A stretch of DNA of 51,935 nucleotides from Monosiga brevicollis MX1 (taxonomy: Eukaryota). The notes below the pieces were generated by a model, which saw only the letters and a list, made by a program, of their open reading frames with translations, made no database searches and was not told the origin of the DNA. The stretch is taken from positions 725,617 through 777,551 of the forward strand of contig NW_001865055.1 of NCBI RefSeq assembly GCF_000002865.3. Reading direction: 5' to 3'. Shown here piece by piece: positions 11,157-23,227 of the stretch. Position numbers and translations under genes: made by a program. The stretch's first letter is position 1, and every line of letters starts with the position of its first letter.

Positions 11157-12458
11157 TTAGGGCAAATTAAAGCGAGTTTTCCAGTCCCACTGGCCATCGT
11201 TGCGGTACCACGCAATCTTATTGTCGCCGCCACTGGCGCTGAGGACGTCAAGATCACCGTCCCCGTCCAGATCTGCCGCATACACCGAGCGGGCGCCATC
11301 AGCGGTGGTGGAGACGACAATCTGGGCAGAGAAGCTACCGTCGCCGTTGTTCCGATACCACGCAATCTTGTCGTCGTTGAGGCTGGCGCTGAGGACGTCA
11401 AGATCACCGTCGCCGTCCAGATCTGCCGCATACACCGAGCGGGCACCGTCAGCAGCGGTGGAGATGATGATCTGGTCAGAAAAGGTGCCGTTGCCGTTGT
11501 TCCGATACCACGCAATCTTGTCATCATTAACACTGGCGCTGAGGACGTCGTTGTCACCGTCGCCGTCCAGATCTGCCGCATACACCGAGATGGCATAATC
11601 AGCAGCGGTGGAGATGATGATCTGGGCAGAGAAGGTGCCGTCGCCGTTGTTCCGATACCACGCAATCTTGTCATCATTATCACTGGCGCTGAGGACGTCA
11701 AGATCACCGTCGCCGTCCAGATCTGCCGCATACACCGAGAAGGCACCGTCAGCAGCGGTGGAGATGATGATCTGGGTGGAAAAGGTGCCATCGCCGTTGT
11801 TCCGATACCACGCAATCTTGTCGTCACCATAGCTGGCGCTGAGAACGTCGAGATCACCGTCGCCGTCCAGATCTGCCGCATACACCGAGCGGGCGCCATC
11901 ATCAGCGGTGGAGATGACGATCTGCCTGTAATAGAAGGTGCCGTCGCCGTTGTTCCGATACCAAGCAATCTTGTTCCAGCTGGCGCTGAGCACATCGACA
12001 TCACCGTCGCCGTCCAAATCAGCCGCATACATCGAGGTGACGCCGTCAGCAGCGGTGGAGATGACGATCTGGGCAGAAAAGGTGCCGTTGCCGTTGTTCC
12101 GGTACCAAGCAATCTTGTCATCGCTGCTAGCGCTGAGAACGTCGAGATCACCGTCGCCGTCCAGATCAGCCGCATACACCGAGTCGGGGCCACGAACGGC
12201 GGTGGAGATGATGAGTTGTGGCACGCTTGACGGCGTGCTTGTCGCCGCTTCAAGTAGGTAAGCAAAGGCCGCCATTACGTCGACACCATTGACCACCACC
12301 TTCTCAGTCGAGTTGATGAACAACGTGCCAACCTCATCCACCGTGATGGATGGCTTCTGGGCCGCCGCCGTGACCAGAACCACACACAACGCCCAGGCCA
12401 AAACAAGCACCTCCACGGTACATGGTCCCCTTGCCCGCAGACTCATCGATGGCGCCAT
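11157..12458 (-). CDS. Secreted FG-GAP/calcium-blade beta-propeller protein, copy E (7 repeats, intronless)
   Basis: Intact 433-aa ORF: signal, leader KPSITVDEVGTLFINSTEKVVVNGVDV, seven repeats, ends GQWDWKTRFNLP. Confidence 0.9.
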   Translation of the reverse strand: MAPSMSLRARGPCTVEVLVLAWALCVVLVTAAAQKPSITVDEVGTLFINSTEKVVVNGVDVMAAFAYLLEAATSTPSSVPQLIISTAVRGPDSVYAADLDGDGDLDVLSASSDDKIAWYRNNGNGTFSAQIVISTAADGVTSMYAADLDGDGDVDVLSASWNKIAWYRNNGDGTFYYRQIVISTADDGARSVYAADLDGDGDLDVLSASYGDDKIAWYRNNGDGTFSTQIIISTAADGAFSVYAADLDGDGDLDVLSASDNDDKIAWYRNNGDGTFSAQIIISTAADYAISVYAADLDGDGDNDVLSASVNDDKIAWYRNNGNGTFSDQIIISTAADGARSVYAADLDGDGDLDVLSASLNDDKIAWYRNNGDGSFSAQIVVSTTADGARSVYAADLDGDGDLDVLSASGGDNKIAWYRNDGQWDWKTRFNLP

Positions 12459-12554
12459 GACCCTCGTCCTGATTGCAATTCAACCTGACCGTGTGCGTGT
12501 TCCTGACCACCGCACTTGGAAAAATAGTAAGTAAGGATCAGTGGTTCTTTCTTT

Positions 12555-12555
<1 letters not shown>

Positions 12556-12633
<78 letters not shown>
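12556..12633. repeat. (GT)n microsatellite upstream of copy E
   Basis: GT run. Confidence 0.95.
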
Positions 12634-12635
<2 letters not shown>

Positions 12636-12716
12636 AACTTTTCGGACTCCTAATGTTTGCAGACATGTCCTTTCGGATGTGTGCGTTTTCGGACTTCGGA
12701 CTCGTGATGTTTGCAG

Positions 12717-12757
12717 ACGAATGCAGTGATGGTGTATCGTAGTCACGAATGCAGTGA
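12717..12757 (-). promoter_or_regulatory. Doubled TCACTGCATTCGT motif upstream of FG-GAP gene (candidate cis-element)
   Basis: Two copies of ACGAATGCAGTGA on + (12717, 12745). The same doubled motif occurs at 7146-7184, 15881-15919 and, inverted, at 24274-24312. Function is inferred only. Confidence 0.45.
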
Positions 12758-13513
12758 ACGTTGAGGCATTCACCACCTGCCACGGCATCATTCAACACTT
12801 CAAAGCTTGTCGAACCTTCAGTCTGTGCGCATGCACTCATTGTGGTCGCATTCCCAGCTGGGAAAAAAATGAAGGCACCGGCGATGGGTGCGCCTGGGAG
12901 AGAAATAAAGCCGGAGACTGAAAGACTTGGTCATGATATCAATCCAATGCCATAATGTGAGCAAAACCTTTGATCCATGCGTAGGCTTTCAGGTTCGGAA
13001 TCCATGCCTCCGTCTACAAGCCCGTCGGGTCAAGCCATATGGCCAAGCAGCGGAAAATGAAGAGAGTAAGAGCAAGTCTGACTGCGCATCGCTCGTCGGG
13101 TGAAGAAAGGAACAAATCAAAATGAAGCCGCACACCAAGCCAGCTGAGTCGTTTCTCGTCAAGACACTTATCTTGCCTGAAACAGCCTCCGCGAGGCATT
13201 GTCGCCCATGGTGCCCATTGGGCAGCAGTTTGTCTTTAAGAAATACAAATCTTGACTTCGTGATTTACGTTCCTTTCTTCCAAATCCAATTGAGGATGAT
13301 TAGCGTGGTAAATTAAATTAAGGGAATGGAAACACATTCAACCAGGCCAGGCAGAGGATCAGGGGCAAGGCAATTTTAGAGTGAAGATGACGTGCCGAAA
13401 GCCAAAGCCACTTCTCTTCACACAGATTCAGAGCCAAGAGCATCTTGTAGAGTCAACGTGTATGAATGAGGCGCACACGTACAAGACGCAAAGATGGCCT
13501 CAAGAGTGCAAGG

Positions 13514-15250
13514 TCAGTTCATATTGAAGCGAGTTTTCCAGTCCCACTGGCCATCGTTCCGGTACCACGCAATCTTGCCACCGGTCACGCTGGCGCTGAG
13601 GACGTCAAGATCACCGTCGCTGTCCAGGTCGGCCGCATACACTGAGCAGGCACCGTCAGCAGCGGTGGAGATGATGATTTGGGCGGAAAAGGCGCCGTCG
13701 CCGTTGTTCCGATACCAAGCAATCTTGTCGTCATTGACACTGGTGCTGAGGACGTCGAAATCACCGTCACCGTCCAAATCTGCCGCATACACCGAGTAGG
13801 CATAATCAGCGGCGGTGGAGATGACGATCTGGGTGGAAAAGGTGCCGTCGCCGTTGTTCCGGTACCACGCAAATTTGTTGTCGAAGCGGCTGGCGCTGAG
13901 GACGTCGAGATTACCGTCGCCGTCTAGATCGGCCGCATACACCGAGATCGGGCCGTCAGCAGCGGTGGAGATGATGATCTGGGTGGAAAAGTTACCGTCG
14001 CCCTCATTGCGGTACCACGCAATTTTGTCATCATTAGCACTGGCGCTGAGGACGTCGAGATCACCGTCGCCGTCTAGATCTGCCGCATACACCGAGAGGG
14101 CATAATCAGCAGCGGTGGAGATGATGATTTCGGCGTAACACGGTGCCGTCGCCGTTGTTCCGGTACCACGCAATCTTGTCGTCGTTGCGGCTGGCGCTGA
14201 TGCACATCGATATGACCGTCTCCGTCCAGATCTGCCGCATACACCGAGTAGGCGCCGTTGGTGGAGGTGGAGATGACGATCTGGGCGGAAAAGGTGCCGT
14301 CGCCGTTGTTCCGATACCACGCAATCTTGTCGTCATAGAAGCCGGCGCTGAGAACGTCGAGATTATTGTCGCCGTCCAGATCGGCCGCATACACCGAGTA
14401 GACGCCGTCGGCGGCGGCGGTGATGATAATCTCGGCGGAGAAGTTACCGTCGCCCTCATTGCGGTACCACGCAATCTTGTCATCATTAGCACTGGCGCTG
14501 AGGACGTCGTTGTCACCGTCGCCGTCTAGATCTGCCGCATACACCGAGAGGGCATAATCAGCAGCGGTGGAGATGATGATTTCGGCGTAACCGGTGCCGT
14601 CGCCGTTGTTCCGGTACCACGCAATCTTGTCGTCGTTGCGGCTGGCGCTAAGCACATCCAAATGACCGTCGCCGTCCAGATCTGCCGCATACACGGAGGC
14701 GGCGCCGTTGGCGGAGGTGGTGATGATGATTTGGGCAGACAAGGTACCGTCGCCGTTGTTCCGGTACCAAGCAATCTTGTTGTCATTGATGCTGGCGCTG
14801 AGGACATCGAGATCACTGTCGCCGTCCAAATCTGCCGCATACACCGAGGTGGCATAATCAGCGACGGTGGAGATGACGATCTCGGCGGAAAAGGTCTCGT
14901 CGCCGTTGTTTCGGTACCACGCAATCTTGTCGTCCAGGAAGCTCGCGCTGAGGACATCGAGATTTCCATCACCGTCCAGATCCGCCGCATACACGGAGGA
15001 GGCACCGTCAGCAGCGGTGGAGATGATGTTGCGGCACGCTAGGCCACATGCTTGTCGTCGCATCAAGTAGGAGAGCAATGACCGTCTTCACGTCGACGCC
15101 ACTTTCTCGGTCGAGTTGATGTACAACGTGCCGCCCTCATCCACCGTGATCGACGGGTCCTGAGAGGTTGCCGCGACCAGTATTGCGCATACAGTCCAAG
15201 CTAGAACAAGCACCTCCACGGTACATCGTCCCCTTTACCCGCAGCGCCAT
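13514..15250 (-). pseudogene. FG-GAP copy F: 10 repeats, frameshifted, degenerate 5' end
   Basis: Repeats are spread over several ORFs (13514..14320, 14074..15078). Single-base insertions at about 14140 and 14201. The signal/leader region 15030-15250 carries several small deletions relative to A and E. Confidence 0.85.
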
Positions 15251-15767
15251 GACCCTCGTCCTGATTGCAATTCAACCTGATCGTGTGCGTGCTCCTGACC
15301 ACCACTCTTTGAAAGAAATCGCAAGTCGAGAGTTTAGTTGTCGGACTCACAATTGGTCGTGTATACGATTATAGTGATAATGCTATTCTGCCCTTACACG
15401 TGTGAGGCTCACACGAATACGGTGAATTTGTGACGAATACGGGGAATGCACGACATTGTATTTGATTGTGGTTGACTTCGGTTGTGCGTTTAAAATGTGT
15501 TTGGGGCGCTGATAGTAAGGCGGGGATTGAACCAATACGCAGCCGCGCGCAAATGTCCGGAAAGCGAGCTGCCTCTCGTCCTGACCACGTTCATCGACAA
15601 AAAAAATCACGCCTCCAAAACGACATAAGCAGCCCTATCGACCACAGTGCCCATTGCGCAGCGGTTTGCTTGACTTCGTGATTGGCATTCCTGTCTTCCA
15701 CATCCGATTGATGCTGATCGTGGTTGTCCATTCAGGGAGTCGAACTGCGGCAGGCAGTGAAGATCAA

Positions 15768-15771
<4 letters not shown>

Positions 15772-15854
<83 letters not shown>

Positions 15855-15862
15855 TGTGTGTG
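15772..15862. repeat. (GT)n microsatellite followed by an orphan FG-GAP-type upstream motif
   Basis: GT run, then a degenerate doubled ACGAAxxCAGTGA motif at 15881-15919. Confidence 0.9.
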
Positions 15863-16620
15863 AGTACGGAACACATATTAACGAATTCAGTGATGATATA
15901 CAGTATACGAAGACAGTGAATGTTTCTAAACGTCCGAAGTCTTTTAATTTTGGTTCAATTGACTCTCTACAAATTTTCACAACTTTGACTCCCATCTCTA
16001 CTTTAAGCTTGAAGTTTGAAGGGAGGTATTTTTGACCCCGAACACAACCTCTGCGATCCTCACGCCACTTACCCTTATTCTCTACCCCGCTCCTTCTTCC
16101 CAATCGGTGTTTGAATTGCAAAACACACACACACACACACACACACACAGACGCGAGCGGGAAACGGCAGCGCCACGTTGGGGTGCATTTGTTCCTCCCC
16201 CTCCCCTGCCCCCCCCGCTGTTTAACGTCCGTCTACCTCGTTGCCGTTCGTTGGTAGACTCGTGCACGTACATACCTGGATACATATGCATTACGGCGCA
16301 GGGTAGATAGGGAAAGGGCTGGGTGGAGCTGGAACACGGGGATCGGTATGGTGGCTGGTCGGGCTCGTGGCTCTGCCAGGTGACTCGACACCTTTGCCTG
16401 CCACCGTGCAGCCGTCTGTGGCTGTGCCTGACTGACCTGATTGCTTGTCTGGGCTGGGCGTGTTGCCTTTATCTTTCAAGTCTGGGCAAGCGGTGTTCTT
16501 GTTGCTGCGCTTGTCGGCCGCTCGTGTGCGTCTTTTGGTGAGCTTTTGCCGTTCGCTTTGGAGGGTGGTGCTTGGTGCTGATTTGGCAGTACGGGCGGTC
16601 GCTTTGGTGACAAGCTGGTC

Positions 16621-19600
16621 ATGGCGTCGAGGCGCGATTCGCTGGCCGAGCTTGAGTTTGAGCGCTCAAGCTCGCAGCCGTTCATGGACGAGCCCGGTCG
16701 TCATGGCCCCACATCGGCGGGTGTGGCTGGGGCCGAAGGCATGGACGGCGATGATCCCCTGAAGCAGCTCGGGCGCCGCGATGGCATTCGCGTTGTGGTC
16801 CGCTCTCGTCCCTTGAATCAGACGGAACACCGTCCTGCACGTGACTATCAGGCCGTCGAGGTGCTCGAAGATCAACAGACCCTCGCCATCAAAACCACAG
16901 ACGCCGAAGCCCCACGCACCTTTACTTTCCACAGAGCCGTTGACGACCGCTGCTCCCAACAGCAATTTTTCGAGGTCTCTGGCATCAAGAACCTACTCGA
17001 CTCGGCCATGGAGGGCTATGCCTGCACCGTCTTTGCCTTTGGCCAGACTGGAAGCGGCAAAACTCATACCATCACCGGTCCTGATTCTCGTGAGTCTTGT
17101 TTTTCCTCAGATCCATCCTTCCTCAAAAACCCTTCCCTACTCCTTTTCAAAACGACTTGGTCCCCTCTTCAGAACGCCTCGTTCTTGGTCTAACCACAAA
17201 GCAATGCCTTTTTGCGATTAGCCTGAATCTTGCTCAAGCCCGCCCGATCCTCCTCATTCCTCACGCTTGACGCCCCTTGTGTGCCTTGCAGGCGACGATG
17301 ATGGCATCCTGCAGCGCTCCATTGCCTACATTTGGCAACAGGTGGCTAGCCGTTCCCACGTCACCTACAACTTTCAGGCTTCATACCTGGAAATTTACAA
17401 TGAACAAGTCATGGACCTTCTCAATCTTCGCTCGGAGCGAGGCGCTCTGCCCGTTCGCTGGAAAGCAGAACGTGGCTTCCACGTCGAAAACCTTTTCCGC
17501 GTAGAATGCGCCAGCGATCAGACCATGCTCAACGTTCTCGAGGAAGGTCTTCGTAATCGTCATGTTGCTGCCCACCAGATGAACGATCGATCCTCTCGCA
17601 GGTCCGCCCGTGCAACCTGCATGCCCAACCTCGTTCAAAGCGCCGGCAGCTCCTTGCTCGCCCGCACTCACGTCCTTCTTCTCCGTGCACAGCCATAGCA
17701 TCCTCTCCATCGATATTCACAGCATCGTCGAGGAATCAGATGGCACAGGCGATGGCCCCTCAGGTATGCATGTGCAGGGGCCCGCGCCGTCCTGTTTTAT
17801 TTTCCGCCCCCCGCTTGTTAATCTTGTTTCATGCCCGCTGAAGCCTTGACCTGGAGCAAACACGCTCAGTGACATTGTCTTTCTTTCTTTGACGCTGCTT
17901 TGTCTAGTGGTCCACCGACATGGCAGTATCAGCTTTGTCGACTTGGCTGGTAGCGAGCGCGTCGAGCGCACAAAGGCCGATGGCCAAACTCTTGTGGAAA
18001 GCAACAACATCAACAAATCCCTTTTGACCCTCGGCAACTGCATTAGTGCGCTGGCCGACCCCCGAAAGCGCAAGGGACACATCCCCTACCGCGATTCTGC
18101 CTTGACCATGCTGCTCAAGGACTCTCTGGGCGGTAGCGGCATGACCCTCATGATTGCCTGCATTTCCCCTGCGGCTACCTCTCTGCCGGTTTGTCTCGCT
18201 TTGCACAAGCTGATATTGCTTTTGTTCTGACCACACCTCTCACTCGTTGATCTACGAATTGGTGCAGGAAACTCAAAACACCCTGCGATATGCCTCACGG
18301 GCCAAGCGGATCCAAAACAAACCCATCGTGCACATGGATCCTCAGCAAATGATGATTCAGGCCCTGAAGCGTGAGGTGCGCATGCTTCGACAAGAATGTG
18401 CGTACTTACGCAATCAAATCGACTCGGGCAGCGAGGTCGTCTCTTCCAACTCTCTCCTCACTCAAGAGGCCCTCAAAGGTGAGCCGTTTTGTTTCTTCTA
18501 CCCCTGACCTGGCTCAACACAAAGCCAACAGGGAATGGCGATCCACAGACCACCTCTCATGCCCAGTCGGATGCATTGTTCGTCGGCGCAGCGCATACCT
18601 TGCTGGCTGGTGTTGGTCGTGACACAAGCACTGTCATCGGTGGGCGCACTGACGGTGGCGAACTGGATATGGAGGCCATCGCCAACATGGCCCGGGAGCT
18701 CACCCAAGCCAAAGTCCTGCTGCAACAGTACATGCAAGAAAACGAGGACATCCGCATGGAAAACGTGGCTCTCTACAGCCAGCATGCCGCACTACAGCTG
18801 CAGCAGGAGCAGCTCGAGCGTCACAATGCAGACCTTGTGGCTCAGCTGCGGGAGGTTCAGATCAATTATGAGCGTGCGCGCAACCCACAGTCCAAGGCAG
18901 CCTTGAGCCGGCGCCTGGGTGCTAGCCAAAACGGCGCGGTTAGTCTTTCAAGGCACCCTCTGCTCCTTCACTTGCTGCTCCCTGGCTCGGACACGTCGAC
19001 CCTTGTGCTTATTGTCTCACACCTCCTGACCTCGCCCTTGGCACAGCATCGCACCTCAAGAAATCGGGCCGGGCCCCGTGATGATGCCTACTTTAGCGCA
19101 CCCACCTCCATGTGAGCGTCGAGCTCTTTGTGCCTTGCCCACAGCACGTCTTTTATCGGTGCATGGTTGTTCTCACCATTTTATCGTGTTTTTCTCGCCT
19201 GCTTCTGGTTCCCTGCGTGTCGACATGCTCAGGATTAGCGGTACGGAAGCGCTTTCATCGGTGCCTGGCCCGACGGCCCATGTGACAGAGATGGCGCGCC
19301 TCGCCATTCGCCATCCCTCCACGGAGTGTGAGCGGCTGCGGGTATGTACCTTTGTGCTCGATTTGTTCGCTTGCCGTGCCATACCAAAGTTGCCCTACTC
19401 TTCCCGATGCCGAGCCAATCACACCGGCTCAACGCCCATGTTTATGATTTATTGATTTGCCCTGTATTGGCACCGACAGCCCGTTCATGAAAAGGAACCT
19501 CTGATCTTGGGCAAGGAGCCTGCAGCGCGCATGGCCTCGCCGTCTCTCAGTGAACCTCAAGGCAAAAGCCGCCGCAAGCGCAGCCTCAAGCCGGCTGCCA

Positions 19601-19963
19601 CCGCTCAGCGCCACGCCTCTCGGGTGTCAAAGGGCCGTGAACCCGCCCGCAAACCACCTGTGCAGGTGCCACCGCTACCGACCGCGACTCGGTCGTCAGG
19701 CCCTTCGTAAGTCTTTCATCGGTTTGATCATTTCTGACGCACTCCTGCTCACAATTTTTGGGGTCTGCACGCTTAGGCCAACCAAGTCGTTGCCCAGCGC
19801 CAAAGCTACCGCCCGCACCAGCATCAGTCGCGACTTGCTTGCTGGCATGACTGACTTGGACCGCGAGATTGCGGCAGCTGAAGCCGAGCTGTCATCCAAC
19901 TCAAAGAAGGCACCGATCAAAAAGAAGGGCTTGGCCCAGGCCTCGAAATCTCGTCGCCGGTAG
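16621..19963 (+). CDS. KIF12: Kinesin-like protein, KIF12/kinesin-16 type; multi-exon
   Basis: Motor motifs [10 protein letters not shown]-loop [27 protein letters not shown] (split by an intron), [50 protein letters not shown] is typical of KIF12. Followed by a coiled coil and low-complexity tail; the last exon ends KSRRR-TAG. 3' exon structure is less certain. Confidence 0.85.
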
Positions 19964-20370
19964 CTCGCACGTCTTCAAACCGTGCACTTACGCATGCAGT
20001 GGCACACAAGAGTGTCTTGTTGGGGCACGCTGTGTCTCATCCTCCGTTGTTTCTGACTGAAGCGCAAGTTTTCCTTGCCTGCTTTCTTGCTTTTGATTGA
20101 CCTGTGGCTTGTGATTGACCTGTGGTGTTTTGAGTCGAATGACTTGCTGTTTTGCTGATGTTTTTCCCCCTTACTGAAGTGCCCGAGCACGCTTTGAATG
20201 ACCCACGCCCCTGGCGGGCTCTTAATAACAAGAATTGACCCTTTGTCCGAATGCTCAAGAGCCCTACAAGTTTGTGCGTGAGGTATAAACGGTGCTTGGA
20301 TTCATGCGTGCTAATAAGCTGGCACAAAGAGCAGAGACTGCCAATCAAAACACAATGACACCTGGGCGCC

Positions 20371-23227
20371 TTAAGCAACAATCTGCTTCAGCTGGCTGAA
20401 GTCGGGCGAGCCCCAGCCGGAGGCAGGATCCTATGACACGGGTGCAGCATGCGTGAGACAAGCTGGGTGGGGCGAAGGAGCACGATGCCTGCGCGAGCTA
20501 GCAAGGTAGGTTGACATACCCAGCCAGTGCTGGCTTCAAAGCCAGGGCAAGCACCGTCAGGGTTGGAGCCTTGGATCACGTCATTGAAGCCGTTGTCAGA
20601 GCCACCCGCTTGATACAGCAGGGGGTTCAAGAAGCCTGGAGGAAAGTCATTTCGAAACAAAACAAAACACAAAAATTAGGAAAAAGTCAGGGCCAAACAC
20701 AGATTGTGATACGAGCCAGCGCAACTCGTTGACAACGCGATGGGCATACCCAGGGGGCTCTTGCCGGCCAGGATGCGAACGTCGTTAAGTTGGGCAACAA
20801 CACCTGCAAAGGTCGGGGTGGCGCACGAAGTACCATCCACACCCACAAAAGAGCCCATGTAGGCAATTTCAAAGTCTTGGCAGAACAAAAACCAGAAGCA
20901 GAGAGGTGAGCGCGCGCACACACAGCACGGTTAATTAATGAAGGAGGCACTGATGGCAGCCGTTTTGATCAACGTACTGGTGGCAAACGCGGACACATCA
21001 GGGTAGGCACGGCCTGAGGCGTTGAAGTAGCGAGAGGCCGGAGCCTTGCCGCTGTTCATGTACGCCTTTACAGCATCCGCCTGCAAGAGGGTGGGAATAG
21101 AAACCGGGGGTTAGAAAAGAAGTTGCAACATCAACCATCCAGTCACGTCGCATACACCAAAAAGAGAACGCTTTGGTATGTACCTGGTAAGTAGGCTGGG
21201 CGTAAAAGTTGCTGAAACCACCTCCGCCGTCGGACCAGACGCGCTCGGGAACACCCGAAGTGCCACCAACAGAGGTAATGTAAGGGCTTGAGGTGGGCCT
21301 AAGCAATGTGCGTGGTGGGCACATGTGTCAATCACTGCGTCGTGCAGCACACAAGCAAGCTAGTGGATATAGAAGTACATGCGGGAGGAAAGGCAAGCGT
21401 ACCAGTCGGGAGCGAATTTATCATTGGTACAGCTGACGCCAGAGTCGCCAGCAGCGACAAGGATGGTGCGGCCGGAGACGCCAAACTTCATAAAGTCGTC
21501 GTTGACGCGTGTCTTGTAGCTGTCGTCAATGCTTGACTCAACGTCACCGTAGCTGACCGAGTGTACCCAGGGACTCTTGGTGTCGTTGAGCTGGCCAGAC
21601 ATCCACGTCAAAAAGTCCTCCTACATCAATGATGCTGACTGTGAGATCATGAGCGTGGAGGCCTCGTTGCGGCTGACATGCAGTAACACACCTGGCCATG
21701 GTTGGCACGTTGGGCGGTGGACACGAACCAAGTCACAACACCACGGCCAGTGGCGCCAATGTACTACGCACGGGACAGCATGTGCATCATTAGCTTGGCT
21801 CGCGATTGGAAAGAAGGGCAATTGGGAAAACAAAAGCGCACCTCGACATCCAGATTGGCCTCCATGCCGGGTGCAAAGTCGACGTTGACACCGACGACCT
21901 TGGCGATGGGTTTGACGGGAAGGTTGAACTTCTTCTGGAAAGACTCGAGGTCCTCCTTGCGAAAGTATTGGCTAAAAGTCGACGAAAACAAGAATGATCA
22001 TCAAGACCGGCAACGGCTCAAGATGAGCACGACCCGACGGGCAAGCACCACAGACAGCACAAGAGGGCATTGAAGACTCAAAGGGATGGGGCCTTGAGGC
22101 GCCATGGTAAGGGAGCACGACTTACCCAAGGAAGGATGCAACAGCTTGGCTGTTGGTGCGGGCACTGCTGGTGTAGTTGCCCAGCTTGTAGGTCTTGTCA
22201 ATGAGCTGAGGAGTGGTCACCTCCTCGGGGGCCGTGAGAGGTTGGTAGGCCTTGGCCTCGAAACGCTGCAGGTCGGGGAGCAGACCATGGCCGAGGACAA
22301 AGTCCACGTGGGGACTCAAATGGTCGGGAACTGGGGCCTGAAACAGAATCGCAACAACGGGCACCAGGACAGGGTTAGCTGGAGGGTCGATCATCAGCTT
22401 GGAGCCGGCTTTTTAAAAGAGGCGTGGCAGACCTGGAGGCAACGGGCAACGGTGAGGTCCTGGGTGGCGTGGCGGTACAGTTGAGGCTGGCATTCCATCA
22501 GATGACCCATGTCCGCAGCTAGATCAGACGGCAATCGACGGTGAATCAGGAGGCAGGGCAGGAGCAGGACGCAGTCTGGTTGTAGGATGTGTCGATAACT
22601 AACCCAGGATATCGGCAAAAATGTAGCTGTGGTCCATTTGCTTGCGGACGTTGGTGGCACGGGCTGCCAGCATGCCCTCAATGTACCTGGAGGTTTGATG
22701 CAATGCCGATGTCCAAGTGCATCAGTGTAAGGGTCTCGGTGTAAGGATGGTGTTTGCATCTTAATGCTCAAGTAAGCAGGGTGGTTGTTGTTATTGTTGT
22801 TGTTGTTGTTTCTTATCGCCAAAGCAAGGGGGGCGTTGTGTGCAGCAAACGATACGCACTCGACACTTTCGGGAACGCCGTGAACGCGGGTGGCGAGAGA
22901 TTCCAGGGTGTGGTGTTGACCTAGGGCAAAGGTGGAGAAGAGAGCACGTGACATGAGAGCTTGGACCTGGTTGGGGTTCTCGAAAGCGATAGGCCAATCA
23001 AGGCACGAACCGTAGAAAGGGGACTTGGGATCGGACACGCGCATGAGTTCAGCTTCGAGCCATTCAATGCCAGTCTGGCGAACCGCAAAGATCATGGGCA
23101 CGAGTTCGGAGCCCGTGGCCGGGCCTTGATGCAGCCAAGCTGCATCCTCGCTCAGCGTCATGGTGACGGGTGCGCCAGTGGCGCAAAGCGCCACCGCGGC
23201 AAGGCTGATCCACAAAGATCCAGCCAT
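20371..23227 (-). CDS. TPP1: Tripeptidyl-peptidase I-like serine-carboxyl peptidase (sedolisin family S53); multi-exon
   Basis: Signal peptide MAGSLWISLAAVALCA; prodomain VSDPKSPFYG; EANLDVE; HSVSYG; AAGDSG; SSPYITSVGGT; GRAYPDVSA; catalytic GTSCATP; GFLNPLLY; WDPASGWGSPDF...VA-TAA. Confidence 0.92.

Noticed and set aside
5732..15250. CRISPR-like or diversity-generating-retroelement interpretation of conserved repeats with variable segments
   Set aside because: The repeats are in-frame 150-bp coding units. No cas or reverse transcriptase gene is present, and I see no template/variable pair with adenine-specific differences.
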